In this document: one piece after another, positions 24,412 through 36,571 of the stretch
Layout: each line of letters starts with the position of its first letter
Numbering within the stretch: position 1 is the first letter of the stretch
Assembly: GCA_002269645.1 (NCBI GenBank)
Contig: NIVC01000051.1
Location: 682,001-746,000 of the forward strand
Direction: 5' to 3'
DNA from: Macrostomum lignano
Taxonomy: Eukaryota
Length of the DNA: 64,000 nucleotides
Program-made: the position numbers and the translations under genes
The notes under the pieces: generated by a model
What the model saw: the letters and a program-made list of their open reading frames with translations, nothing else
The model's database searches: none
What the model was told of the DNA's origin: nothing

Positions 24412-26611
24412 TTCTCAACTATGTGTCTATCATTGATAGAGTTAGAGATATAGGCCTACTATTTGACATAGACTAGACTTTATGTCCATAAAATGTCAAA
24501 ATGAATACTATCATTATCAAATGGTGAATTTGAAACCATACCAATCTATTCAATTTCATGAACAATCCCACTAATACAATTTTACTATTGGTGTGGTCAT
24601 AATTTGAAACCTATAAGCATTTTCAGTTTTGTCTTACAATTACCTACATATAAAATTTCCATATTTAAATGATCGTGTAACAAAAGTGAATATAAGCTAC
24701 ACTTCCATAACTTTCTATGCTCTAGGTTTCAATGAAAATTGCAGTGATGATTTGAAATTATTTGAAAAGTGAGTACAATGTAAAATGTGAAGCATAATTT
24801 TTTGATATACTGGATTGGAGTGTATTTAACTCTTTAACGGGGACCGTGAAACGAAACTTGATCTGCTCGGGGATCGTCTAACGAAAGAATGCCATAATAA
24901 CTACAAATACCTATTACCTGAATTGTAACATAAAGACTGTTTATATAATAATCATTGACTATAATCGCAGTTCAAAACAACACTAAGCCAATTTAAAGGT
25001 AGATTTAATATCATTGACTTACTGCTTTTAAGCAAAGGGACGAAAGTCGGTGTCTTAGTGCTAGCATTTTGTTTTGATGTTATATTTGTAAGGAATATAG
25101 TCTACAACAAATTAGACAATAGCACTCTGACTAGTCAGAAGTCAGTCAGTTAATAATGTTCGTAACGTTTTTGTAAGAAATGTTCTTGGAAATTAAGCTT
25201 GAACTATAGACTTGTAGTTATTGATATAACAAAATATTTCATAGAAAAAATAACGATTTTTTTTATAAAACACCCTTAAATAAAGTTTGCTAGTTTATAA
25301 CAGATAAATGTAGTTTATTAATCAATCTTTAAAAATTAAAAGATATGTATGATGTAATGTCATTTTTATCCGAATTCAAATTACGACCATGTTGTTCATG
25401 AACCTTATTGTTGTATATATATAAGTAGTATATAAATGAACGTCGGTGATGGTCAGTTGACAGTTAGTGAGTCGTGACAGAAAAACTATATTAATTTACA
25501 TCTCGACTCATATTTAGTTAGTTTATTAAAGAAGTTGCAAAATAATTATTGATGCATTGATCCCGCAACAACAAAAGCATTGTCACAATTGTCACTTTTC
25601 TATTCTAATTCTTTTCGAAAGTTTTTACTGTTTTGCTTGTTATGTTTTAGTATTATCAAATAAAAAGGCTTCTTCAATCACAAAAAATTAAAAGTTAAAA
25701 TATTTTTAATAGTTTACATAGATGAATAAATGAAACTTTTTGAGCCTAGTACAGATTATCAAAATAATTTTTTATATTTTTTCATTAGGCCTACTAATTT
25801 AGTAATAGATAATTTAAACTTTAGCACTAGTGGAGATAGTGTACTTTGTGAGAATATTATTTGTTAGTTAATGATTTTGTTATTATTTTTTTGCCATTTT
25901 GCTATGGAAAATACATAAAGTCAGACCAGTTTATTGTTAGATATGTAATAGGTCAAAGTAATAAGATATAACTACAAAACTGGCTTGGCCTAATAGAGAA
26001 GTTGACACAGCTTGCATCCATTAAGTTTAACCTAGCTTTAATTAGTAAACCAATCAGAAATGGCTTGAACCTTCCAAGGGCATGTGGCATGATTGCAAAC
26101 CAAAATCTAGCTAGCTAGGCCCTAGAAGTGCACCTTAGCCCATAGGTCTAGTGCAAATAAGATTACAGACTAGCAAGCGAGCCCCCCCCCCCCATTAACT
26201 GGTTTGAAAGGGGGTGACTGGCTATAAATAAAGCTGCATTTTTGTTATCTGAATTTTACCCTTCTCTTCCTTTTACTTCTTACTAGTCTTCACTTGTTCA
26301 TCTTCTTGTAAATATTGTTAGTAGGAAGTGCAATCAATCTATATAGAAGCTCACTAAACTATTTTTATCTCACAAATATTATATTTGATTTCTAAGTTAT
26401 AAATGTTATCAAATAAAAGTGCTTCTTTAAATATAAAATTTTATAATTAAACTTTTTTTCATAAATTTTCATATGTTATTCTATTTTTTGCATTTGAAAT
26501 AAGTAGTTTAAACTCTAGCACTAGTGGAGATAGATAAATACTTATATATTCTTTGTGCTTAGTTTTGTTAGTCAATACTTGTATTACTTCATTCAATTAT
26601 TTTTCAGCAAA

Positions 26612-28092
26612 ATGAGTTTTCTAGGCCTATTTAAACATAAAAAATCATCTACTACTACCAAGGCCAAGGACAAAGTGCAGGAGCCTACAACAAGCCATTC
26701 CAAGACTGATTTGGCACTTTCAGAATCAGCTACAACCAGGCAAACTTGGAAATCTGGCCCAATCACTGCTATTGTGATTGGCTGTGGCCAAAGAGGTCGG
26801 TGTTACTCAGAGTATGCCTTAATTCGACCAAATGAGCTGCAGATTGTGGCTGCAGCTGATCCAAGGTATGCAAATTATTTGCTATTAACAAGTATCTAGA
26901 TTCGCTTTTCAATCAATATATTTGTAGATCTATACTTTAACATTGTCACAGAGCTACAGCTCGAAGCTACATGAGTCGCACATTTGGCCTAGCCAATGAT
27001 GCAGTCTTTGAGCATTGGCAGCCGCTGGTTGAGAAAGGCCGCATAGCTGATGCTGCTATCATCTGTACTCAGGATCAGCAGCATCTGGAGCCATGCCAGG
27101 TAAGTTTTGTAGATGTGTGTATGCACTAACTACGGCCGAATTTCAGATTTATACACTAGTAAAATATTATCGCATTGCAGGCCTGCAAACGCTTAGGATG
27201 TCACGTACTACTCGAGAAGCCCATGGCTTGTAGCCCGCTGGACTGCGCTCGCCTTGTGCATAGGGAGTGGCTGAGCGAGCCCGATCAGCTGATGGTTATT
27301 TGTCACGTGCTGCGCTACTTGCCTGCTGTGCGAAAAATTCACCAATTTATCAGGTTATTTTTATAATGCTCTATCCTTGCTTTCCCATTCATGTTACTGC
27401 AATTTGTCATAGGCCATGGTTGCATACCTACCCACATCAGCGTCACCCCGTTGGTGAGGCAACAAAGAATGGAATAAATTTTTTTGATTAAACTACATGT
27501 AGCTCGTTGCTTCTGACCTTTCAGCCTTGACAACTCAGCAATTCTCAAATGGATCTTTTATGTTTCACATGACGCTTCTTTTTTGACATGACGCTTCTTT
27601 TATGCTTGATTCTGTCTTGTTTGATTCTCTTAATTCCATTCTTCTATGACTCTTCTCACGTTCTATGCTAATCCCGTAATTTCTTTTGGTAAATAATCTT
27701 TTTGCACTGAATTTGTCTCCTGCAAGCTTTTGCATGTTGAATTTCTGTTATCAGCAGAGTGCTGACACGACTGAGTGTGACGTGTTGGTGTTGGAAAATT
27801 AAAATTAAATATTTAACTTTATTAGCATTCAGTGCCTAATTCAGTGTTTATTAGGTAAGAATTTCTCTAAATTTAGCTTAAATGTATTATGCAATGTCAA
27901 AAACCACCACAAGTGCGTACTAAACTATTGCAGACATCGTGCAGGCGAACTGCATTCACGTACAGCTGTTGTGAATAGCAAGCAGTTTTATTATTAGTCT
28001 GCTGTCAGTTCTTTGCTAGTCCTCTTACTCATAGTAGCTGACATGCAGCTTTGCTCGCGACAGACGGACAGACAGGCAGATAGACAGACAGC

Positions 28093-28146
<54 letters not shown>

Positions 28147-28243
28147 CAGACAGACAGACAGACAGGCAGACAGACACAGACAGACAGACAGACACAGACA
28201 GACAGCAGACAGACACAGACAGACAGACAGACAGCAGACAGAC

Positions 28244-28274
<31 letters not shown>

Positions 28275-28681
28275 GGCAGCAGACAGACACAGACAGACAG
28301 ACACAGACAGACAGACAGACAGAAAGACAGAAAGACAGACACAGACAGACAGCAGACAGACAGACAGACAGACAGACAGACACAGACGGACACAGACAGA
28401 CAGACACAGACAGACAGACACAGACAGACACAGACAGACACAGACAGACAGACAGACACAGACAGACAGACACAGACAGACACAGACAGACAGACAGACA
28501 CAGACAGACAGACAGACACAGACAGACAGACACAGACAGACACAGACAGACAGACAGACAGACACAGACAGACACAGACAGACAGACAGACACAGACAGA
28601 CAGACAGACAGACAGACACAGACAGACAGCAGACAGACAGATAGACAGCAGACAGACACACACACAGACAGACAGACAGAC

Positions 28682-28719
<38 letters not shown>

Positions 28720-28735
28720 CGACAGAAAGACATTA

Positions 28736-28768
<33 letters not shown>

Positions 28769-31700
28769 CAGACAGACACAGACAGACAGACACAGACACA
28801 CAGACAGACAGACATCCGCCGCCCCCACCGCAGGTCTGGCCAGCTGGGCCGCCTGTGCCACGTGCAGCACACCGAGCCAGTTGGTTACGCTCATTTCGCG
28901 CACTCCTACGTCAGAGGCAACTGGCGCAACGAGGCTGGCAGCGCGTTCTCCCTGCTGACGAAGTGCTGCCACGATGTGGACCTGATCTGCTACTGGATGC
29001 CGTCCCGCTGCTCCAGGGTGTCCAGCTTCGGCAGCCTGGTGCACTTCCGGCCGGAAGAGAAGCCAGAGGGGGCCGCCGAGCGATGTGTTGATTGCAGCGT
29101 GGAGAAAGATTGCCCCTACTCTGCCGTTAAGGTGGCTGCGATGGACACTTCAATGCATTTTCCCTATTCTGTTCCCTGCATCCTCCCTATCCGTTCCCTG
29201 CATTGTCTCTATCCTGTTCCCTGCATCCTCCCTATCCTGTTCCCTGCATCCTCCCTATCCTGTTCCCTGCATCCTCCCTATCCTGTTCCCTGCATCCTCC
29301 CTATCCTGTTCCCTGCATTCTCCCTATCCTGTTCCCTGCATCCTCCCTATCCTGTTCCCTGCATTCTTCCTATCCTGTTCCCTGCATTCTTCCTATTCTA
29401 TTCCCTGCATTCTTCCTATTCTATTCCCTGCATTCTCCCTATTCTATTCCCTGCACTCTTCCTATCCTATCCCCTGCATTGTCCCGATCCTATTCCCTGC
29501 ATTCTCCCTATTCTATTCCCTGCACTCTTCCTATCCTATCCCCTGCATTGTCCCGATCCTATTCCCTGTACTAACCGTTTTCCCTTAACTATCCCTGTCT
29601 CACCTGTCTCTCATGCTTCGCCCACCCGGAAACCCCTGCCTCGAATCCAGGCCTACATTTTCCCCGGAGTCTGGAGCCCGGCAGCTTTCGTCGACCGGGA
29701 AGCGTGCAATGGAGACCATGCGAAATATCAGCAACTGGTTGAAGAGGCCGTTAAGACTGGGCCGTACGGCCGCTGCGTTTACAACTGCGACAATGACGTT
29801 TGCGATCATCAGGTGAGCGGGTTGGCAGCGTATGGTATTCAGGTGTTGATTGTGATGGTATTCAGGTGTTAATTGTGATGGTATTCAGGTGTTGATTGTG
29901 ATGATATTCAGGTGTTGATTGTGATGGTATTCAGGTGTTAATTGTGATGGTATTCAGGTGTTGATTGTGATGATATTCAGGTGTTGATTGTGATGATATT
30001 CAGGTGTTGATTGTGAGGATATTCAGGTGTTGATTGTGAGGATATTCAGGTGTTGATTGTGAGGATATTCAGGTGTTGATTGTGAGGATATTCAGGTGTT
30101 GATTGTGATGATATTCAGGTATTGATTGTGAGGATATTCAGGTATTGATTGTGAGGATATTCAGGTATTGATTGTGAGGATATTCAGGTATTGATTGTGA
30201 GGATATTCAGGTGTTGATTGTGAGGATATTCAGGTGTTGATTGTGATGATATTCAGGTATTGATTGTGAGGATATTCAGGTATTGATTGTGAGGATATTC
30301 AGGTGTTGATTGTGAGGATATTCAGGTGTTAATTGTGAGGATATTCAGGTTTTGATTGTGAGGATATTCAGGTGTTGATTGTGAGGATATTCAGGTGTTG
30401 ATTGTGAGGATATTCAGGTGTTGATTGTGAGGATATTCAGGTGTTGATTGTGAGGATATTCAGGTGTTGATTGTGAGGATATTCAGGTGTTGATTGTGAG
30501 GATATTCAGGTGTTAATTGTGAGGATATTCAGGTTTTAATTGTGAGGATATTCAGGTGTTGATTGTGAGGATATTCAGGTGTTGATTGTGAGGATATTCA
30601 GGTGTTAATTGTGAGGATATTCAGGTATTGATTGTGAGGATATTCAGGTTTTAATTGTGAGGATATTCAGGTGTTGATTGTGAGGATATTCAGGTGTTGA
30701 TTGTGAGGATATTCAGGTGTTAATTGTGAGGATATTCAGGTATTGATTGTGAGGATATTCAGGTGTTGATTGTGAGGATATTCAGGTGTTGATTGTGAGG
30801 ATATTCAGGTGTTGATTGTGAGGATATTCAGGTGTTGATTGTGAGGATATTCAGGTGTTGATTGTGAGGATATTCAGATGTTGATTGTGAGGATATTCAG
30901 GTGTTAATTGTGATGATATTCAGATGCTACAGTATTTCCAGCTTTAACAAACATCAAGATTTACATTAAAATAAAGTTCTTTTATCTCAAACCTGCTAAT
31001 CCCGCAGGTAGTAAACATGGAATTTGATGATGGGGCCACCGCCAGCCTCACCATGATGGCCTTCACCGAGGCGGTCTGCGTTCGTTCCAGCGTTTTCTAT
31101 GGGACCCGCGGTGAACTGCGCTGGAACGGCGCCTCCTACGGAGACACGGCTCTGACCATGTACGAATTTGCCAGCATGGACCACATGCACGTACCTGTGG
31201 GCCTGGGCCCCGAGGGCGACAATCAGGAAGCCCCACCAGCTGGTAGCGGTCGGATGCGAGGCCACGGTTCGGCCGATTTCTTCCTGGCTCAGGTGAGGTT
31301 AAATTTGTCTACCGATATGTATCGAAAAGTGCATTTTGACTGTTTGATTGAGTTGTGTTATAACACGACATGTATCGAAAATAATATCATATTTAGTCTT
31401 TCAAAACGAGTTCTAATTGCACCGATACATTGCGAAATGTCCCGATATGTATCGAAAAGTGCATATTTAGCCGTCTTCTGCTATCAAGATTTAGAGCGAT
31501 GTGTATCAAAATTACGCAGTCGTTCAGTACAAAATCGGCGTGTAAAATCTTGATTTATTCCGATATGTATCGAAAATAATATTATATACCATTTTTAATA
31601 CAAAATCTGCCCGAAATTGTGACATGTTCCGATATGTATCGAAAAGACGTTTCTGGCGTTTTCACGTTTTCACTAGACAAATTCTGATTGACTTTTAATT

Positions 31701-32333
31701 CCAGATTGGGTCTCGTAGTACATGCCTGACGATGGGAATGGAATGGAATGGACGCTGTACACCCTGTGTGATTTGTGTTACTGGGGTGTCAGCAAAATGA
31801 AATGAATTGGATTGGGGCATTGTGAACATTGATGAAGCTATTTTAGACGGGATTCTGTATATAAAATGTACTGTAAGGCACAGGATTACGGATTTTTTGT
31901 TATTTTGAATGACGTCACTAGAGAATGCTTTTTTTAGTTCCTGACATATGCGGTTCCTTATTACTCTGTGTATTATTCCTATAAGGCAGTACCTTTGGTT
32001 AGCAGATACTGGTAAGTGGCAGTACCTTGTTAATGACAAGCTACTTCTCTGTGCGTATAGAACGGGTAGTGCCTCGTTAAAACCATTTTTTTTTAAATTG
32101 TCATTTTTCTGCAGGCCTTTGTTCGGGCCCTGCTCAAAGCCAAGGACTCAGCTGAGGCAGGTGGTGACACTGCAGGCAGCAGCTTAGCTGAACTGCAGCG
32201 CGAACTCAACGATTCCACTCTCTACGGACATCTGGTGGCGTTCGCCGCTGAGGAGTCTCGAAAACGCGGCACCGTGGTGTCAATCGGAGAGTACATTGAC
32301 AGCGTGATGAGTCGTTTGGACGAGGATTGTTAG
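26612..32333 (+). CDS. Gfo/Idh/MocA-family NAD(P)-dependent oxidoreductase (YteT-like), 7 exons
   Basis: Exons 26612-26865, 26952-27099, 27181-27353, 28834-29131, 29651-29812, 31008-31292 and 32115-32333, in consistent phase. Rossmann start [35 protein letters not shown] (family EKP motif), [42 protein letters not shown]|VVNMEF. Confidence 0.92.
28068..28813. repeat. (CAGA)n / (CAGACA)n microsatellite in oxidoreductase intron 3
   Basis: Directly visible; it ends 20 bp before the acceptor at 28833. Confidence 0.98.
29160..29570. repeat. 23-bp pyrimidine-rich minisatellite (CCTGCATCCTCCCTATCCTGTTC) in oxidoreductase intron 4
   Basis: Tandem copies with gradual drift in sequence along the array. 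Confidence 0.93.
29832..30925. repeat. 23-bp minisatellite (GTGTTGATTGTGAGGATATTCAG) in oxidoreductase intron 5
   Basis: About 47 copies, starting ~20 bp after the donor at 29813. Confidence 0.97.
31312..31648. repeat. Six interspaced copies of the palindromic 17-mer CCGATATGTATCGAAAA in oxidoreductase intron 6
   Basis: Copies at 31312, 31365, 31442, 31496 (degenerate), 31560 and 31629, separated by variable spacers. Confidence 0.8.
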
Positions 32334-33520
32334 CTGCTGCCCGGTGGCGTTGCTCAAATCATGAAACGCACAATCTTAAAAACAGTTTTTTATCTTTTAA
32401 TTTTTATTCAGTAATTATCACGAAGATTCATCAATACAGAATTATTGCAAAGTTAAGCGACGAGTGTATCGCAATATTCAATATCGCAATATTCAATATC
32501 GCAATAAAATACGATATAATTTATTTATTTTAAATCAAGCAGATTAAAAATACAGTCTCTGACGTATACTCCATCAGTCGGTGTAAATTTTTCTGTAGCA
32601 TTTCAAAATTGTAACGCTTGAGTTCGACCGCCTGAAAAACTAGTTTGATTTAACTAATTAAATAACTGCTTAAAAATAGTTTTTGTCTTATACTCCGTAT
32701 GTATATCTACTCACGACTAGCTATAACAACTATATCTTGAAAGTTTTCAAATGAACTCTATAGCAGCTTAATAAGAATTTTTCAGGCCGGGAAAAAACAA
32801 AATTTTATATTCCCATTTATGAATTTTCACAGATTTCTTCAAATACTGTAGATATGGTTAACGAGGTATTTTCCTAACTTAGCTATATTTGAAATTTGCC
32901 TCATTTCCAAATACAGCCGTGCTATTTTTAGCAAGTGTGCTACGAGCGTATACGGACCTCTGTAAACATTTCTGACGCATTTGGCCAATAATTATGCATA
33001 GGGTGAATATTATTGGAACTAGGTACTGCAACAGCACGTATTCTACCGTACAAGTACCATATACCATGAGAAAATATACCTCAACCAAGCACAATTCCCA
33101 TGCAGAATGTCTCTCAATCGTCTGCACTTCTACCCCTTTACCTCTCTTACCTCTTACCTCTCTTACCTCTCTCTTTACCTCTCTCTTGTCTCTTCAAAAT
33201 TTGGCTGATCTTCACTCTGACATCATTAATGTAGTGCAGAAAATGACTTACTCTTTAAAACAGTGCAAGGCATAACTAACTGGGCATGTCTTGATCTTCT
33301 GTTCTCAGCTCTGTTCTCTATAATATCTTCTCTTTTCTCTCCCCTCATGTCCTCTCTCCTGAGAAGACAACTTAAGTTGTCCTTGGCTGTTAGCTCAGAA
33401 GCAAACCTTTTACTGATTTTTCGTGTATGAAAAAATACAAAGTAAATAGTTAACTGATACATGTACCATTCGCGGTTAAAAAGACCGAGAGACATTAGTC
33501 AACTTGTTCGATTCGAAATC

Positions 33521-34282
33521 TCAGACCCGAAAGCTTCGCAGCGTGGCAGCCAGATCGAACTGGCCAGGAAAGTTCGGTCCTGCATCGCTGAACTTCGAGC
33601 TGTTGCCGCCCCCCAGCATCTCCCGTTCCCATTCGGCCTGCAGCTCCGTGATCAGCTCCTGCAGCGTCATCTTGGCCCTCTGCCGAATATACCGACGCGC
33701 TATGCACAGCATCACTTTCGTGTCGTTGAACCCGCTGCCGCAGGTGACTACGGCGTACGGACTGTCCAGCTCCTGTTTGATCTGCCGCATCAGCCCGTTG
33801 TGGTCCTGGCGCAGATACGAGGTCGGGTAGTTCGGCGGCCGGTTCGACCGACTCCGAAGCCAGTCCAGACCGCGAGAAGCCTTGAGAAAGAAGCAGAGAG
33901 GGCTGAACTTGGCGTGCTCCATCTCGGCTGTGTCGGCCGGGTTCCAGTCTCTGAGGCCCAGATCGCAGAAGAAGCACTTCACATGGTCTGCTTCTCCTAG
34001 ATAATAGAACCCGGCTTCTACCATGCTCTCCTGCGATTGGCAGCAATTCTCCTCTGACCAGCGGCCTTCCCTAAATGTGGCCAGGCGAGCTTCTCGACTC
34101 ACGTGTCTCTGGCTTGCTGCGCTTGATATCAAATAGACGCACGCGTTGATGCATTCGTATTGGTCGCCTTGGCGACAGGACCGCGCTAGCGGGCCTAATC
34201 TGGCGTACAGAGTCTCCGAGGTGTAGCGCAGAGCCGCTTCAAGCTGCGACGCGCACTTTTCCGACAATGGCTCTTCGCTCAT
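33521..34282 (-). CDS. Single-BIR IAP-family protein with a UBA-like C-terminal region, no RING, coding region intronless
   Basis: BIR motif REARLATF...MVEAGFYYLGEADHVKCFFCDLGLRDWNPADTAEMEHAKFSPLCFFL has an intact CxxC-H-C Zn set. Downstream SPYAVVTCGSGFNDTKVMLCIARRYIRQ resembles the IAP UBA linker. ATG at 34282 is preceded by TTTTCAG|TCC. Confidence 0.88.
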   Translation of the reverse strand: MSEEPLSEKCASQLEAALRYTSETLYARLGPLARSCRQGDQYECINACVYLISSAASQRHVSREARLATFREGRWSEENCCQSQESMVEAGFYYLGEADHVKCFFCDLGLRDWNPADTAEMEHAKFSPLCFFLKASRGLDWLRSRSNRPPNYPTSYLRQDHNGLMRQIKQELDSPYAVVTCGSGFNDTKVMLCIARRYIRQRAKMTLQELITELQAEWEREMLGGGNSSKFSDAGPNFPGQFDLAATLRSFRV

Positions 34283-34639
34283 GGACTGAAAACTGCTTTT
34301 CACCAGGTATTGTACATGACCTGTAATAGTTGTAGCAGGAGATAGGCTAGAAATAGTTACTGACTATGATCTCCTGTTGGACATGATTTTTAATAGTTGG
34401 TTAGACCGTGTACTACCTAAAAGAGAATATCCGATATATTTTTAGCATCCTATATATAAAACCCTATCTTTGCACAAGGCGCTACTTATTCAAGTAAGGA
34501 GGTACTAGCTTGTTGACTATGAATATACTTAAACGCGTACATGAATGTCCATTAAATTATATTAGCTGTTCCGCTTATATCAAGAATAATTACAGGAGGT
34601 CTTAGCGACATTCGGCAATATCCTCCCACAAGCCATGCA

Positions 34640-34915
34640 GCGCTGAGGCACTGCCCATTCCACTGACTCCTAAGCACACACAAGCGCGCCAATACTGTAC
34701 GCAGGCACGCACTCATGTACACGCTCACACAGGGTGTACAGCGGGCCTGACTTTAGAATTACCACCAGAAATGTACACTCCCTGTGCCTTGGGGGCTGGC
34801 CCTCAGTTGCCGTGAATCGCACCGACAACCCCTCTCGGCCAATTTCCGTGCACCAAAAGCCCCAAATGAATGATTGTGGCCGCGCAAGGAATCGAACCAG
34901 CGGCCTCCAAAAGGG
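34640..34915 (-). mobile_element. tRNA-derived SINE copy
   Basis: GCAAGGAATCGAACCAGCGG (reverse complement contains GGTTCGATTCC, a B-box). The body is shared with 16530-16730, 46095-46420 and 49675-49860. Confidence 0.75.
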
Positions 34916-35029
34916 AGCCAGCAGCGGTGGCGCGAAAGTAGCAACTGGGGCTACAGACGTTGGGGCACCAAACTATCGCGTTTGCCTATCTATTTTGCCG
35001 ACACAGAAGGTCAAAATGTGAGTCATTTG

Positions 35030-35295
35030 CACAAGCTCGAGTCTTCACAAGCTCGAGTCTTCACAAACTCTAATCTTCACAAGCTCGAGTCTTCACAAGC
35101 TCGAGTCTTCACAAACTCGAATCTTCACAAGCTCAAGTCATCACAAGCTCAAGTCATCACAAGCTCGAGTCTTCACAAGCTCAAAACTTCCCAAACTCGA
35201 GTCTTTACAAGCTCAAAACTTCCCAAACTCGAGTCTTCACAAGCTCGAGTCGTCACAAGCTCGAATCTTCACAAGCTCGAATCTTGACAAACTCG
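35030..35295. repeat. ~17-bp degenerate array (AAGCTCGAGTCTTCAC)
   Basis: About 15 tandem copies are visible. Confidence 0.9.
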
Positions 35296-35799
35296 AAATT
35301 TTGCATCGTCAATCCGTCATCATAGTCTACGTTTAAAAGGTCCTCGGCGACACTCAACGGATCAAGTATGGAGTAATACCCTGTAGGTGACGCACAAGAA
35401 ACTTGAAATAATCCGAATTGGCTGATCCCTGTGAAGCAACCAACAAAAAAAGGAAATATTTTTGTACATTTTGTCACTCACCCGAGTACAAGATTTGTAG
35501 CTATCCCAACTCCAAGGACTGCATGCATTAGCAATACAATGCTGGTGTATCGTACAAGGTACTACCTAATACACATTTATATGCAGCAGTGTGCATGCAG
35601 AGACTAGCGACGAAAGTCACAGCCATTATCAGAGTGCATATGTTGGACTGTGTACTGGAGTGAGTGTACGCTGCAGTTTACTTTTGTAACTTGAATGTAC
35701 AGTACGTGCGTGGCGTGCATGGGAAAGAATAGTACATGTAAGAGACTTCTATTCAGTTCAGGTGCGCAAAAGCAGAAAGCAATCATAACAATTAACAAT

Positions 35800-36232
35800 T
35801 GGCGCTACTAGAGTTGGCGCTACATGATTTGGCGCCACTAGGATTAACGCCACAAGGATTGGCGCTACTAGAGTTGGCGCTACATGATTTGGCGCCACTT
35901 GGATTGGCGCCGGATGGTTTTGGCGCCACAAGGATTGACGCCACAAGGATTGGCGCCACTAAAGTTGGCGCTACATGGTTTGGCGCTAGACGGGTTGGCG
36001 CCACAAGGATTAGCGCCACTAGAGTTGGCGCTACATGGTTTGGCGCCACTTGGATTGGCGCCGGATGGTTTTGGCGCCACAAGGATTGACGCCACAAGGA
36101 TTGGCGCCACAAGGATTGACGCCACAAGGATTGGCGCCACTAAAGTTGGCGCTACATGGTTTGGCGCTAGACGGGTTGGCGCCACAAGGATTAGCGCCAC
36201 TAGAGTTGGCGCTACATGGTTTGGCGCTACCA
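35800..36232. repeat. TTGGCGC(C/T)AC-core composite minisatellite (18-21-bp units)
   Basis: GGATTGGCGCCAC / GAGTTGGCGCTACATGGT units recur with larger-scale periodicity. Confidence 0.92.
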
Positions 36233-36571
36233 TGGGTTGGGGACTCTGTGCCCTGGGGATTGGCCCTCCTGGGAAGTGAAATTCTAATCAGTTTTAGAAT
36301 AAAGAAATAAATAAACTGAACTCATTCGCTTCTGTTGCACTGTATTCAAAATTTATCACTGAACGATTAGTACCTCTAAAAATATATTATTAAGTGCCAG
36401 TCTTTATGAGATTATTGACGACTACTCGACTGACACTAATCCATACTACGTGTTTATTTCTATTATCAACGCCTTTTATTGATGCATATTTTCGGTATTA
36501 TTTTTTTAAAGGTTTATCTGTTGTACTCGTATAAACCGATCTGTCCAGATGTTCTTCCACGAGCTGGATTG

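Noticed and set aside
27994-29872. 619-aa ORF and Cys/Leu/Ser/Val-rich ORFs
   Set aside because: Read-through of (CAGA)n and 23-bp intronic repeats; only 28834-29131 and 29651-29812 are exonic.
31312-31648. True CRISPR array
   Set aside because: Eukaryotic intron, short 17-bp repeat, irregular spacers with partial mutual similarity, and no cas genes. Kept only as an unusual repeat.
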